From Candidatus Mesolinea sp. (GTDB lineage Bacteria > Chloroflexota > Anaerolineae > Anaerolineales > Anaerolineaceae), in contig DAOUFK010000002.1 of NCBI GenBank assembly GCA_034430095.1, positions 7,617 through 71,616 on the forward strand: 64,000 nt of DNA, given 5' to 3'. The notes under the pieces were generated by a model. That model saw nothing but the letters and a program-made list of their open reading frames with translations. It had not been told where the DNA came from and ran no database searches. Each line of letters begins with the position of its first letter. Positions within the stretch are counted from its first letter, which is position 1. Made by a program: the position numbers and the translations under genes. Positions 30,651-39,215 of the stretch are shown here, piece after piece.

Positions 30651-30902
30651 ATGAGTGATATTCAGTTTCCGCATTTCAGCAAAGAAGAAAAGATCTCAGC
30701 GCTTATCGAGCAGCTCAGCGCTTACATCGAACAATATCACGGCGGCACAGTCGAGCTCGTTGCAATTGAGGGGGATGAGGTTAAGGTGCACTTGGGCGGG
30801 GCTTGTGAAGGCTGTCCCCTGCTGCCTGCAACTTTACAGGGTTGGGTAGCTGGCACATTGCGTCAATTCTTCCCTGAAGTAACCGTTAGGTCAGTGGATT
30901 AA
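30651..30902 (+). CDS. NifU/Nfu-like Fe-S cluster domain protein
   Basis: The core reads GGTVELVAIEGDEVKVHLGGACEGCPLLPATL. The start is ATG 30651. Confidence 0.7.
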   Translation: MSDIQFPHFSKEEKISALIEQLSAYIEQYHGGTVELVAIEGDEVKVHLGGACEGCPLLPATLQGWVAGTLRQFFPEVTVRSVD

Positions 30903-30915
30903 TTTGGAGGAAACA

Positions 30916-31842
30916 CTAAGCTGCTGTAGCTTGCATTTCCTTCTGCACGGTGTTATAGAGTGTCTCCCCTTTGATTTCATCCAGGGTGTAGCACGTTCCG
31001 CCCATCATATCGGCTAATTCCTGCGCCAAACCTGTATCGAAAGCTTTAGCTTCCATATTAATAACCACGCTGTGAATGTCTTCTTTAGCAAATAAGCTCG
31101 CCATTTCCTTGATTTCTTCTTTCACCGGTTTATTCCCCATTGGCACGTTCCCAGCACCATCGGTGAGAACGATGAGCAGCGGCTGTACATCCGGGTGAAG
31201 AATTTTCTCGCGCGTGATGACCTCATAAGCCATTTTTAAGCCTGCAGCTAAAGGTGTTTTACCGCCCACGGGGATATCCGCTAAAGCGCGTTGGGCTAAA
31301 AGCACGGAGTTGGTAGGAGCAAGCACGAGCGTAGCCCGGTCTTTCTGGAAAACAATCAAGCCCACACGATCGCGGCGTTGGTATGCGTCCTTGAGCAGGG
31401 AAAAGATGGCGCTTTTGGTGGCTTGCATGCGCTCTGCCACTGCCATAGACCAAGACCCATCTACCAAAAAGAGGATCAGGTTGCCCGTTTTTTTGACGCG
31501 CACCTTTTTCTGGAAGTCTTCCGGGCGCACGGCAAACGCCACGTTTTCTTTCTCGCGAATGGCTTTTCGCTGCCTCTGGAAAGGCGCTGCTGCCCGGATG
31601 GTCGCATCAAAGGCGAGATCATCGGCTTTATGCGGAGAGGGGCGGGCTTTGATGTAGCGCCCGCGTTTGCGGTCGGTATAAGTCTCAGAGCGCCTGCCGC
31701 CATGCTTGCGCACCATTTCATCCAACGGAGTGTCCAATTGGCGGGTATCAAAAGGCTCGCCGGGTTTAACTACCTTGCCACCATCCCACCAATGAGCATC
31801 CAGCTCGGTAAAAACTTGTTGCTGCGCTTCCCCTACTGGCAC
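30916..31842 (-). CDS. VWA-domain protein (chelatase subunit D-like C-terminal half)
   Basis: The MIDAS context LFLVDGSWSM is followed by a VLTDGAGN motif. The gene lies directly downstream of the ChlI-like ATPase gene. Confidence 0.75.
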   Translation of the reverse strand: MPVGEAQQQVFTELDAHWWDGGKVVKPGEPFDTRQLDTPLDEMVRKHGGRRSETYTDRKRGRYIKARPSPHKADDLAFDATIRAAAPFQRQRKAIREKENVAFAVRPEDFQKKVRVKKTGNLILFLVDGSWSMAVAERMQATKSAIFSLLKDAYQRRDRVGLIVFQKDRATLVLAPTNSVLLAQRALADIPVGGKTPLAAGLKMAYEVITREKILHPDVQPLLIVLTDGAGNVPMGNKPVKEEIKEMASLFAKEDIHSVVINMEAKAFDTGLAQELADMMGGTCYTLDEIKGETLYNTVQKEMQATAA

Positions 31843-31859
31843 TTGCAGGTCATCTGGCT

Positions 31860-32984
31860 CTAAGCTGATGCGCTCCTGCTCACTGCCCGTTTTTTTTTAC
31901 CTGTATCGTCCTCATCAGAGGGCGTTTGCTCGGCTTCTACCGCAGCCTGTTCTTTGAGCTGCTCGATGCGCTCTTCTAACGCCTCAATGCCGATATCCGA
32001 CCTACGGAAAGGACCTGCTTTGACCCGATGCGGCAAAGCGAGCTCAGCAGCCAGAGCGATATCGTTGGGCACAATGCGCGTGCGGCCGTCAAAGGCAGCT
32101 TGTGCGCGGGCAGCCTTGAGGATAACCAGGTCTGATCGGTGGCCATCCACCTCCAGCGAGGCAGTCAAGTCGGCGATGATTAGTAAGTCTCGGGTGGTGT
32201 AAGTAACTTCATCGACCAACGCGCGGGCTTTTTGGATGCGGTTGGAAAGCGCTTGTTCGCGGGGCAACCAAGCCTCGCGGAATTTGACCGGATCTTGCTC
32301 GAAAGCGATGTTACGCTCCATAATCTCCACGCGCGCGCGGGCATCCAGGATGCCGCGAATATCCACCGAGAGGGCAAAGCGGTCCAGCAGCTGTGGTCGC
32401 AGATCACCTTCCTCTGGGTTCATGGTACCCACTAAGATAAAGCGGGCGGGATGGCTAAATGAGATCCCTTCGCGCTCGACGATGTTCATCCCCATCGCAG
32501 CAGAATCCAGCAGAATATCCACGACATGGTCATCCAGCAGGTTAACCTCGTCGATATAAAGCAGTCCGCGGTTTGCAGCAGCTAAGACGCCGGGCTCAAA
32601 GTGGCGTTCGCCTTTTTGAATGGCACGCTCGATATCCAGCGTCCCGACCACACGGTCTTCAGTGGCAGAAACGGGCAAGTTGATGAAGGGTGTTGGGCGG
32701 CGGATGACAGGTAAAGGCTCCTTGGAAGCCGCGGCGCGCTCGATGCACTCGGTGCACCAATGGGTTGGGTCGTGCGGGTCACAGCCAAAACGGCAGCCTT
32801 CAATTGCTTCTTCCTCCGGCAGGAGGGCAGCCAAGGCACGCGCGGCAGTAGACTTGGCTGTACCGCGTTCGCCGCGGATGAGCACGCCGCCTATGCGCGG
32901 GTCGACTGCATTGAGCACTAAGGCACGACACATGCGTTCCTGCCCAACGATAGCCGTAAACGGATAAACAATGCGTTGATTCAT
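31860..32984 (-). CDS. ChlI/BchI-like AAA+ chelatase ATPase subunit
   Basis: The ORF begins YPFTAIVGQERMCRALVL. Walker A is GERGTAKST, Walker B is LYIDEVNLLDDH, and there is an ARFILVGTMNPEEG motif. A Cys-rich insert reads CRFGCDPHDPTHWCTEC. Confidence 0.85.
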   Translation of the reverse strand: MNQRIVYPFTAIVGQERMCRALVLNAVDPRIGGVLIRGERGTAKSTAARALAALLPEEEAIEGCRFGCDPHDPTHWCTECIERAAASKEPLPVIRRPTPFINLPVSATEDRVVGTLDIERAIQKGERHFEPGVLAAANRGLLYIDEVNLLDDHVVDILLDSAAMGMNIVEREGISFSHPARFILVGTMNPEEGDLRPQLLDRFALSVDIRGILDARARVEIMERNIAFEQDPVKFREAWLPREQALSNRIQKARALVDEVTYTTRDLLIIADLTASLEVDGHRSDLVILKAARAQAAFDGRTRIVPNDIALAAELALPHRVKAGPFRRSDIGIEALEERIEQLKEQAAVEAEQTPSDEDDTGKKKRAVSRSASA

Positions 32985-33081
32985 CTATTTCTTTTCCTCA
33001 ACGCTAAGTTTACCATGCAGCCGTAAGAAAAACCTTAGAAGGTATATCACCACAAGAGATTAATGGGCTTTGTTCTTGCAT

Positions 33082-33124
33082 GGTACCCTGCAGGTAGGCT
33101 GCGCACTCGGAGACCGGCGAGAAC
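33082..33124 (-). repeat. dispersed ~70-nt intergenic repeat, truncated copy
   Basis: The reverse complement, gttctcgccggtctccgagtgcgcagcctacctgcagggtacc, matches the 5' two-thirds of the copies at 37041 and 59197. Confidence 0.6.
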
Positions 33125-33225
33125 AACATAATGTTCTTGCAGGGTCTCCAGACCCTGCAAGGCATTTGACCTTTAGGTCTCAGGTTTCTTGCTGGTTCTG
33201 GAGGACGGAGAAACTTGAAAAAGAT

Positions 33226-33294
33226 GGAGACCTACGGTCAAAACCACTCGCTGGTCCTTACAGGAGGCTGCGCCCTAAGGACACCGGCGAGAAC
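33226..33294 (-). repeat. dispersed ~70-nt intergenic repeat, full copy
   Basis: The reverse complement is gttctcgccggtgtccttagggcgcagcctcctgtaaggaccagcgagtggttttgaccgtaggtctcc. Confidence 0.65.
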
Positions 33295-33320
33295 GAGGGC
33301 AAACAACAATGGGAGAATGG

Positions 33321-34496
33321 CTATTCTTCCGCTCTTACCAAAATATGCGTCACGGCAGTAGAACCAGTTCCCGCTAAGGCTTGGATCATACCGATACGTG
33401 CCTGAAGCACCTGCGAAGCGCCAGCCTCACCGCGCAGTTGCAGGCAAGCTTCAATTGCCTGATAGACCCCAGCTGCGCCCAATGGATTGCCGCGGGCTTT
33501 ATGCCCACCCAGTGTAGCCACGGGTAAGGGCTGCCTCTGCCAGCGGGCGTGGTCAAAGGCTAAGCGCCATCCTTGCCCACGTGGAGCAAGTCCCGCTGCC
33601 TCGAGGGAAAGGATAGCATGCAGCGTGGTGATGTCTGCATATTCAAAGAAATCTGCTTGCGCTGGGGTGATTCCGGCTTGCTGGCAGGCACGCTGCACCG
33701 AGACAGCTGCAGCTTCAAAGAAGAGTGGGTCGCTGCGGTCATGCAGAGCAAAGCGGTCTGTCACTAAGCTTGAACCGGCAATACGCACGAGTGGATGAAT
33801 AAGGTTCTGAGGAACCACCTCGCGGCGCGCCAGGAGTACAGCCGCGGCGCCATCAGCTAACGGGGCAATGTCATAGAGGTTAAACGGCTCCGCAAGCATG
33901 CCAGCCTTCAGGTAGGTCTCCAGCGCCAACGGCTTGCGATACATCGCATGGGGATTATGCACAGTATTGGCATGCGCGAGCATGGGGAAAGCAGCTAAAG
34001 CTTCCCGCTCCACTTGGTTTTCATAGATATAGCGCTGCATGAGTAAGGCTGCTTGACCAATCGGGGTAAGCCCTTCGGCAGCTTCGTAGTCCGAGTCTAA
34101 TGTACGCACTGAGAGCGAGTCGATATCACTATCGAGCACGTCGGTGGCTTTTTCGACGCCAACCGCTAAGGCGACATCCACCATGCCAGAACGAATAGCG
34201 GTGTAAGCCATACGCAGCGCAGCTCCGCCAGAGGCATCGGCTGCCTCCGCAGTGGTGCCTTCCGCACCCTTAAGCCCAGCCCATTCGCACAGCAGCGCAC
34301 CCAAGTTGGCTTGATGCGAAGCGCTGGCAGCAAGCATATTGCCCACAAAGATCGCCTGGGGTTGCAGCTCGCCGGCATCTTTTATGGCAGCGCGGATAGC
34401 CTGCACACCCAAGTCGCGCAGCGAGAGATTCCACAGCTCACCCACATTGGTTTGCCCGATGCCGGCAATATATACTTCAGGTTTGGTGTCAGCCAT
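33321..34496 (-). CDS. thiolase-domain protein (archaeal-type acetoacetyl-CoA thiolase)
   Basis: 391-aa thiolase-fold ORF immediately downstream of HMG-CoA synthase. The C-terminal GGHKARGNPLGAAG motif is present. Confidence 0.8.
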   Translation of the reverse strand: MADTKPEVYIAGIGQTNVGELWNLSLRDLGVQAIRAAIKDAGELQPQAIFVGNMLAASASHQANLGALLCEWAGLKGAEGTTAEAADASGGAALRMAYTAIRSGMVDVALAVGVEKATDVLDSDIDSLSVRTLDSDYEAAEGLTPIGQAALLMQRYIYENQVEREALAAFPMLAHANTVHNPHAMYRKPLALETYLKAGMLAEPFNLYDIAPLADGAAAVLLARREVVPQNLIHPLVRIAGSSLVTDRFALHDRSDPLFFEAAAVSVQRACQQAGITPAQADFFEYADITTLHAILSLEAAGLAPRGQGWRLAFDHARWQRQPLPVATLGGHKARGNPLGAAGVYQAIEACLQLRGEAGASQVLQARIGMIQALAGTGSTAVTHILVRAEE

Positions 34497-34503
34497 AACG
34501 CGC

Positions 34504-35607
34504 CTACTTCACTGTAATCTCGCCGCGGAAGCGCACGTAAGTAGCGTAGTCGATTTCCGTGCGGCGGGCAATGTATTCCTGCGTGGTGAGGACTTTGCCT
34601 TGGCGTTCGCGGATGGGCTCTTGCACGCGAATAACGAAAGCATCCGAGCCGGCGCCAGAGCCATAAGAGGTCATAAGGATTAAATCTCCAGGCTTTGCCA
34701 CGTCCAGGATGGCGGACAGCCCAATGAGCGCTGAGCCGGAATACGTATTGCCGATCATAGGCGTGAGCAGCCCGATCTTGATCTGCTCAGGGGTAAAACC
34801 CAGTTCCTTAGCCACCCGCTGTGGGAACTTGGTATTGGGTTGATGGAAGACGGCGTAAGTGAAATCTGCGGGTTTAAGCCCTGTCTCGGTTAACATCGTG
34901 CGCGCAGCGGAGGTAATGTGCTGGAAATAAGCTGGCTCTCCCGTAAAGCGCTGACCGTGCTCTGGGTAAACAGCGTGCTCCCGACGCCAGAAATCGGGCG
35001 TATCAGTGACGTAAGAGTAGGTGGCTTCGATGGTTGCTAAGGCTTCCTCAGCCGGACCAATAATGTAGGCTGCGCCGCCGGAAGAAGCGGTATATTCAAG
35101 CGCATCGCCGGGCTTGCCTTGGGCGGTGTCCATACCAATAGCTAAAGCGTATTTGCCCATTCCTGAACCCACCAAGCCGATGCCAGCCACGATAGCTTCT
35201 GTACCAGCTTTGCAAGCAAACTCCCAATCGCCGGCTTGAATATGGGGCGAAGCACCGATAGCCTCTGCAACCACTGTGCCGCTGGGCTTCACCGCATAGG
35301 GATGCGACTCGGAGCCTACCCACACCGCGCGCAGCTCACGGGGGTCGATGCCGGCGCGCTTGAGCGCGTTGCGGGCTGCTTCGATAGACATGGTAATCAC
35401 GTCCTCATCCAATCCAGCCACTGCCTTTTCGACGACCGGCAAACCTTCATCGCCGGCGCCCCAGATGCGCGCGATTTCCTTGGCTGGTAGGCGGTAGCGC
35501 GGAACATAGGCGCCATAGCCAATGATGCCCACCGGGAGCTGCGGCTGCAGCAGCAGACTTCCAGCCTCGTGTTGATGTTCGTGTTCACTCATAATTTCTC
35601 TGTTCAC
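34504..35607 (-). CDS. hydroxymethylglutaryl-CoA synthase (archaeal/UPF0219 type)
   Basis: Motifs [25 protein letters not shown] and FACKAGT (catalytic Cys context). The ORF-track start at 35607 is GTG. An alternative ATG at 35592 forms an ATGAGTGA overlap with the HMGR stop. Confidence 0.8.
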   Translation of the reverse strand: MNREIMSEHEHQHEAGSLLLQPQLPVGIIGYGAYVPRYRLPAKEIARIWGAGDEGLPVVEKAVAGLDEDVITMSIEAARNALKRAGIDPRELRAVWVGSESHPYAVKPSGTVVAEAIGASPHIQAGDWEFACKAGTEAIVAGIGLVGSGMGKYALAIGMDTAQGKPGDALEYTASSGGAAYIIGPAEEALATIEATYSYVTDTPDFWRREHAVYPEHGQRFTGEPAYFQHITSAARTMLTETGLKPADFTYAVFHQPNTKFPQRVAKELGFTPEQIKIGLLTPMIGNTYSGSALIGLSAILDVAKPGDLILMTSYGSGAGSDAFVIRVQEPIRERQGKVLTTQEYIARRTEIDYATYVRFRGEITVK

Positions 35608-36871
35608 TCCAATCGCGCAAGATTTCTTTTGCGCGTTCTATTCTAATATTATCTTCTTGGATAAGCTGCTCAGCGAGGTGCTCTACCTCGGCGGGCTCCG
35701 CCCCCGCCGAGAGCGCCACCTGGCGAGCATGCAAACGCATGTGTCCGCGCTGGATGCCCTCGGTAGCCAGGGCACGCAGGGCTGCTAAGTTTTGTGCTAA
35801 GCCCACGCTCGCGATGATGACTGCCAGTTCCCCCGAGCTTTTAGCGCCCAGCAGCTTCAGGTTGGCGCGTGCGGCTGGGTGTGCTTGGGTAGAGCCGCCG
35901 GTAATGCCGACTGCCATAGGCAGCTCGAGCGTTCCGTGCAAGTCGCCATTCTCGGTTTTTTCCCAGAGGGAAAGGCTGGTGTAACAGCCTGAGCGCGAAG
36001 CATAGGCATGCGCGCCGGCTTCCACGCCTCGCCAGTCGTTGCCCGTGGCAATCACTACGGCGTCAATGCCATTCATAATGCCCTTGTTGTGCGTCGCTGC
36101 GCGGTAGGGGTCCACTGCAGCAAACGCCCATGCCTCCAGGATGCCATCGCGCACCTGCTCACCGCTAAATGCGCCGAAAGCCAAGGCACTGGTGGGGATA
36201 GTCACTTCGGACTTGGCTAAACGCCGGTCAGCCAAATTGCTGAGGATGCGTAAATGCGCCCGTTCGCCGCTGAGCGCCTCCAACGGACCGGCTAGGCGCT
36301 CAGCTGCGGTGTTCACCGCATTGGCGCCCATTACGTCGCGCACGTCATAGATCAGATGCACGACTAAAAACGGTCCGATGGGAGAAGACGCAATCTGGCG
36401 CACTTGGAGATCCTTGGCGCCGCCGCCTAATGCTTCGATAGTCGGGTGCAAGCCGTGCAAGCTCGCCAACAGCTCATCTTTATGCATCAGGATTGCAGCT
36501 TCGGCTGCGGGGAGGTCTGCTAGGTTCAGCAGCTGGATTTGAGCGATCATCTCCGGAGCGGTGGCACTAGCACGGAAGCCTCCGCCGGCTTGAGCCAGCT
36601 TTGCCATGTAGGACACGCCGGCAATGACCGAAGGCTCTTCAATCGCCATTGGGATAAGCACTGGCTTGGCGTTGATGATAAAGTGCTGCGCGATGCCTAA
36701 GGGCAGCGCGTATAAGCCGATAGCATTCTCGATCATCTGGTTAGCTGCCTCTGCGCTCAGCCCGCCCTCAGCTGACCAGGCAGTCATATCCTCAGGGCTC
36801 AAAGCCGAGTGTTCTGTTATCCACTGAAGGCGCTCATCTAAGGTTAATTGGTAAAACTTCTTACTTTCCAG
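35585..36871 (-). CDS. mvaA: hydroxymethylglutaryl-CoA reductase, class II
   Basis: Class II motifs [25 protein letters not shown] and DAMGAN-like [11 protein letters not shown]. The ORF-track start (TTG 36802) truncates a conserved-looking N-terminus. I extended the CDS to CTG 36871 (see finding); the exact start is uncertain. Confidence 0.8.
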   Translation of the reverse strand: MESKKFYQLTLDERLQWITEHSALSPEDMTAWSAEGGLSAEAANQMIENAIGLYALPLGIAQHFIINAKPVLIPMAIEEPSVIAGVSYMAKLAQAGGGFRASATAPEMIAQIQLLNLADLPAAEAAILMHKDELLASLHGLHPTIEALGGGAKDLQVRQIASSPIGPFLVVHLIYDVRDVMGANAVNTAAERLAGPLEALSGERAHLRILSNLADRRLAKSEVTIPTSALAFGAFSGEQVRDGILEAWAFAAVDPYRAATHNKGIMNGIDAVVIATGNDWRGVEAGAHAYASRSGCYTSLSLWEKTENGDLHGTLELPMAVGITGGSTQAHPAARANLKLLGAKSSGELAVIIASVGLAQNLAALRALATEGIQRGHMRLHARQVALSAGAEPAEVEHLAEQLIQEDNIRIERAKEILRDWSEQRNYE

Positions 36872-37040
36872 TTTATAAATCCTTTATTTACAGAAATCAG
36901 GAGCTCTCAGGCTCCCATTTGCATACTTTTAGCATGCTGAATCTCTAAAAAACTATCAGAATCGGTATATTGTCTTTCAGATTTGGAATCTTAGCCCATT
37001 CCGCTGACCGTTCTATGTGCAACCTTATATGTTTCTCCTT

Positions 37041-37111
37041 GTTCTCGCCGGTTTCTAAGTGCGTAGCCTGTCCGCAGGGTACCAAGCGAGTGGTTTTGAC
37101 CATAGGTCTCC
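37041..37111 (+). repeat. dispersed ~70-nt intergenic repeat, full copy
   Basis: The sequence is gttctcgccggtttctaagtgcgtagcctgtccgcagggtaccaagcgagtggttttgaccataggtctcc. It lies in the divergent region between mvaA and trxB. Confidence 0.65.
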
Positions 37112-37240
37112 TGGTATCCTGTCTATTTTGCTAATTTAGAACATTATCACTTTGCTCTTATGCAACCTTACGCGCTACTATTTAATAAGGCTCAAGTCCG
37201 TTATACTATTTTGGATTGAATAAAAAATAGAGGCGAATTG

Positions 37241-38203
37241 ATGAACGATACCCAACCTGAACTTATTTACGATGTGGTGATTATCGGCGGTGGTCCAGCC
37301 GGCTCCACAGCTGGCATTTACACCGCGCGGGCAAATCTTTCCACATTGGTTTTGGATAAAGGTTTGACCACGGGTGCCTTAGGCACAACGAGTAAAATTG
37401 CGAATTACCCAGGCGTTATGGGTGAGGTGAGCGGGGCGCAGCTTCTCAAGACCATGCGCGCTCAAGCCGAGAGCTTTGGCGCACGCTACGTCAACGATAA
37501 AGCGATTGGTACGGACCTGGCGGGAAGCCCCAAGGTGGTCTATGGCAACGCTGGCATCTATCCTGCTCGTGCCGTTATCATCGCCACCGGCTCGTTAGGG
37601 CGCAGCAACCTGATCAAGGGCGAGGCGGAGTTCCTCGGACGTGGGGTTTCCTATTGTGCGGTGTGTGATGCTGCTTTCTTTAGGGACGAGGCAGTAGCTG
37701 TGGCAGGCAAAAATGACGAAGCCGTCGAAGAGGCGCTTTATCTCGCACGTTTTGCCAGCCAGGTTACACTGCTTTGCCCTACGCCGGAGCTGGTGGCTGC
37801 AGAAGAGCTGATTGCCGAAATCAAAGCTAATTCTAAGATCGAAGTGCTTTTGAGTGCAGCCATACACGAGATTTACGGCAACGCGCATGTGGAGGGTATA
37901 GCTTACGCCCAGCGCGGTAAAGAAGGTGAGCAAAGACTGGCGGTCAAAGGTGTGTTTATATACCTGCAAGGCGGCGTGCCGATCACGGACTTTTTGCAGG
38001 GGCAAATCGAGACCAGCGCGCAAGGCTGCATTTTGGTCGATCGCGAGTTCCAAACCAACGTGCCAGGCGTGTTTGCAGTGGGGGACGTGCTTTGCCAGCA
38101 TATCAAGCAAGCTGTGATTGCTGCAGCCGACGGAGCCACCGCTGGTATTGCCGTAGAAAAATACCTGCGCGGACGCGCCAAAATGGGCGTCGATTGGAAA
38201 TAA
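37241..38203 (+). CDS. trxB: thioredoxin-disulfide reductase
   Basis: FAD motif VVIIGGGPAGSTAG, redox-active CAVCDA and a GDV motif. The start is ATG 37241, after AGAGG. Confidence 0.9.
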   Translation: MNDTQPELIYDVVIIGGGPAGSTAGIYTARANLSTLVLDKGLTTGALGTTSKIANYPGVMGEVSGAQLLKTMRAQAESFGARYVNDKAIGTDLAGSPKVVYGNAGIYPARAVIIATGSLGRSNLIKGEAEFLGRGVSYCAVCDAAFFRDEAVAVAGKNDEAVEEALYLARFASQVTLLCPTPELVAAEELIAEIKANSKIEVLLSAAIHEIYGNAHVEGIAYAQRGKEGEQRLAVKGVFIYLQGGVPITDFLQGQIETSAQGCILVDREFQTNVPGVFAVGDVLCQHIKQAVIAAADGATAGIAVEKYLRGRAKMGVDWK

Positions 38204-38243
38204 ATGCCCGTTATGTGGATGGCAAGCTGGTAGAATAAAGCCT

Positions 38244-38990
38244 ATGCCGCAGGTCATCCCTGAAAATTTGGAAAAAGCCGCAGAGCGCGGCGAGCCTTCA
38301 CACGTCTGGCGCGCCGGGCAGGAGCGCCGCTTTGCCATGTTGCGTGAGGCAGCTGGAGAACGCATCAATGGGCGGGTGCTCGTGGACGGCAGCGGGGTCG
38401 GGACGTATCTGCGCCATTTGGTGCCGCTGAGCCGGCAAGCCATCGGGCTGGATATCGAGTTTCCACGGGTGCAGGAGAGCCATGCCTTTGCAGAGCTGGT
38501 GGTTTGCGGAGCTGGCGAACATTTGCCCTTTCCCACTGGCAGCATAGACCTGGTCTTCAGCCACGAGGTGCTAGAGCATGTGCAGGATGACCAAGCCACG
38601 GTGCAGGAGATGGTGCGGGTGCTAAGACCAGGCGGGCGCATTGTGCTTTTTTGCCCTAACCGCGGCTATCCTTTTGAGACACATGGTATTTTTTGGCGCG
38701 GCAAATATCATTTTGGCAATATCCCGCTGGTCAACTATCTCCCCCGCCGTCTGCGGGATAAACTTACGCCGCATGTGCGGATCTATACGCGTTCGGATTT
38801 AGCGCGACTGTTTGCCGGGCTGCCGGTGCAGGTTGTGACCAAAAGAACCATCTTCGGTGCCTACGATAATATCATCGAGCGGCATCCGCGCTTGGGCAAA
38901 GCTCTGAGGGCTGTACTGCAAGCCCTGGAAAACACGCCATTGCAGCGCATGGGGCTTTCCCACTTTTGGGTGATCGAAAAGGCTGCCTGA
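38244..38990 (+). CDS. class I SAM-dependent methyltransferase
   Basis: Motif I is VLVDGSGVGTY. Post-I and motif II are FSHEVLEHVQD and LRPGGRIVL. Confidence 0.75.
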   Translation: MPQVIPENLEKAAERGEPSHVWRAGQERRFAMLREAAGERINGRVLVDGSGVGTYLRHLVPLSRQAIGLDIEFPRVQESHAFAELVVCGAGEHLPFPTGSIDLVFSHEVLEHVQDDQATVQEMVRVLRPGGRIVLFCPNRGYPFETHGIFWRGKYHFGNIPLVNYLPRRLRDKLTPHVRIYTRSDLARLFAGLPVQVVTKRTIFGAYDNIIERHPRLGKALRAVLQALENTPLQRMGLSHFWVIEKAA

Positions 38991-39073
38991 GAGAGACTTT
39001 AGTGCAGCAGGATAGGGGAAATGTTTTGAGAAAAGTACGAGCATGCACCCCTGAATAAGGTTTGGCGCAAAGC

Positions 39074-39101
39074 TTGACTTTTAGATTTTTTATTCTATAA
39101 T
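39074..39101 (+). promoter_or_regulatory. sigma70-type promoter of the first tRNA-fMet copy
   Basis: TTGACT (39074-39079), a 16-nt spacer and TATAAT (39096-39101). The -10 element ends 9 nt upstream of tRNA position 1. Confidence 0.55.
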
Positions 39102-39110
39102 ACTAACCAC

Positions 39111-39182
39111 TGCGGGGTAGAGCAGTGGCAGCTCGTCGGGCTCATAACCCGGAGGTCAGTGGTTCGAATCCACTCCCCGCTA
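39111..39182 (+). tRNA. initiator tRNA-Met (anticodon CAT), copy 1
   Basis: Cloverleaf with anticodon loop CTCATAA. Initiator hallmarks are three consecutive G:C pairs closing the anticodon stem (GGG/CCC), A11:U24, and an unpaired 1:72 position (U.U). CCA is not encoded. Confidence 0.9.
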
Positions 39183-39186
39183 CTAT

Positions 39187-39215
39187 AAACAGAGCCTTGA
39201 AAAGGCTCTGTTTTT
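39187..39215 (+). terminator. rho-independent terminator after tRNA copy 1
   Basis: Stem acagagcc / ggctctgt, a 7-nt loop, then TTTTT. Confidence 0.6.

Noticed and set aside
31890-31898. T9 homopolymer (A9 on the coding strand) near the 3' end of the ChlI-like gene as a possible slippage or phase-variation site
   Set aside because: It encodes the Lys run of a basic C-terminal tail (GKKKR). A frameshift there would alter only the last ~10 residues. There is no evidence of a second frame.
30916-32984. ChlI/BchD-like genes as evidence for (bacterio)chlorophyll synthesis or phototrophy
   Set aside because: The window has no H subunit and no other pigment genes. I/D-like ATPase-VWA pairs are widespread in non-phototrophs.
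33070-33405. 111-aa plus-strand ORF between the chelatase ATPase and thiolase genes
   Set aside because: It is made almost entirely of copies of the dispersed intergenic repeat and a palindrome, and it runs into the 3' end of the thiolase gene on the other strand.
37595-38641. 348-aa minus-strand ORF spanning trxB and the methyltransferase gene
   Set aside because: It lies antisense to two well-supported genes with clear motifs. The translation is Ser/Arg/Pro/Cys-rich and low-complexity, as is typical of GC-rich antisense frames.
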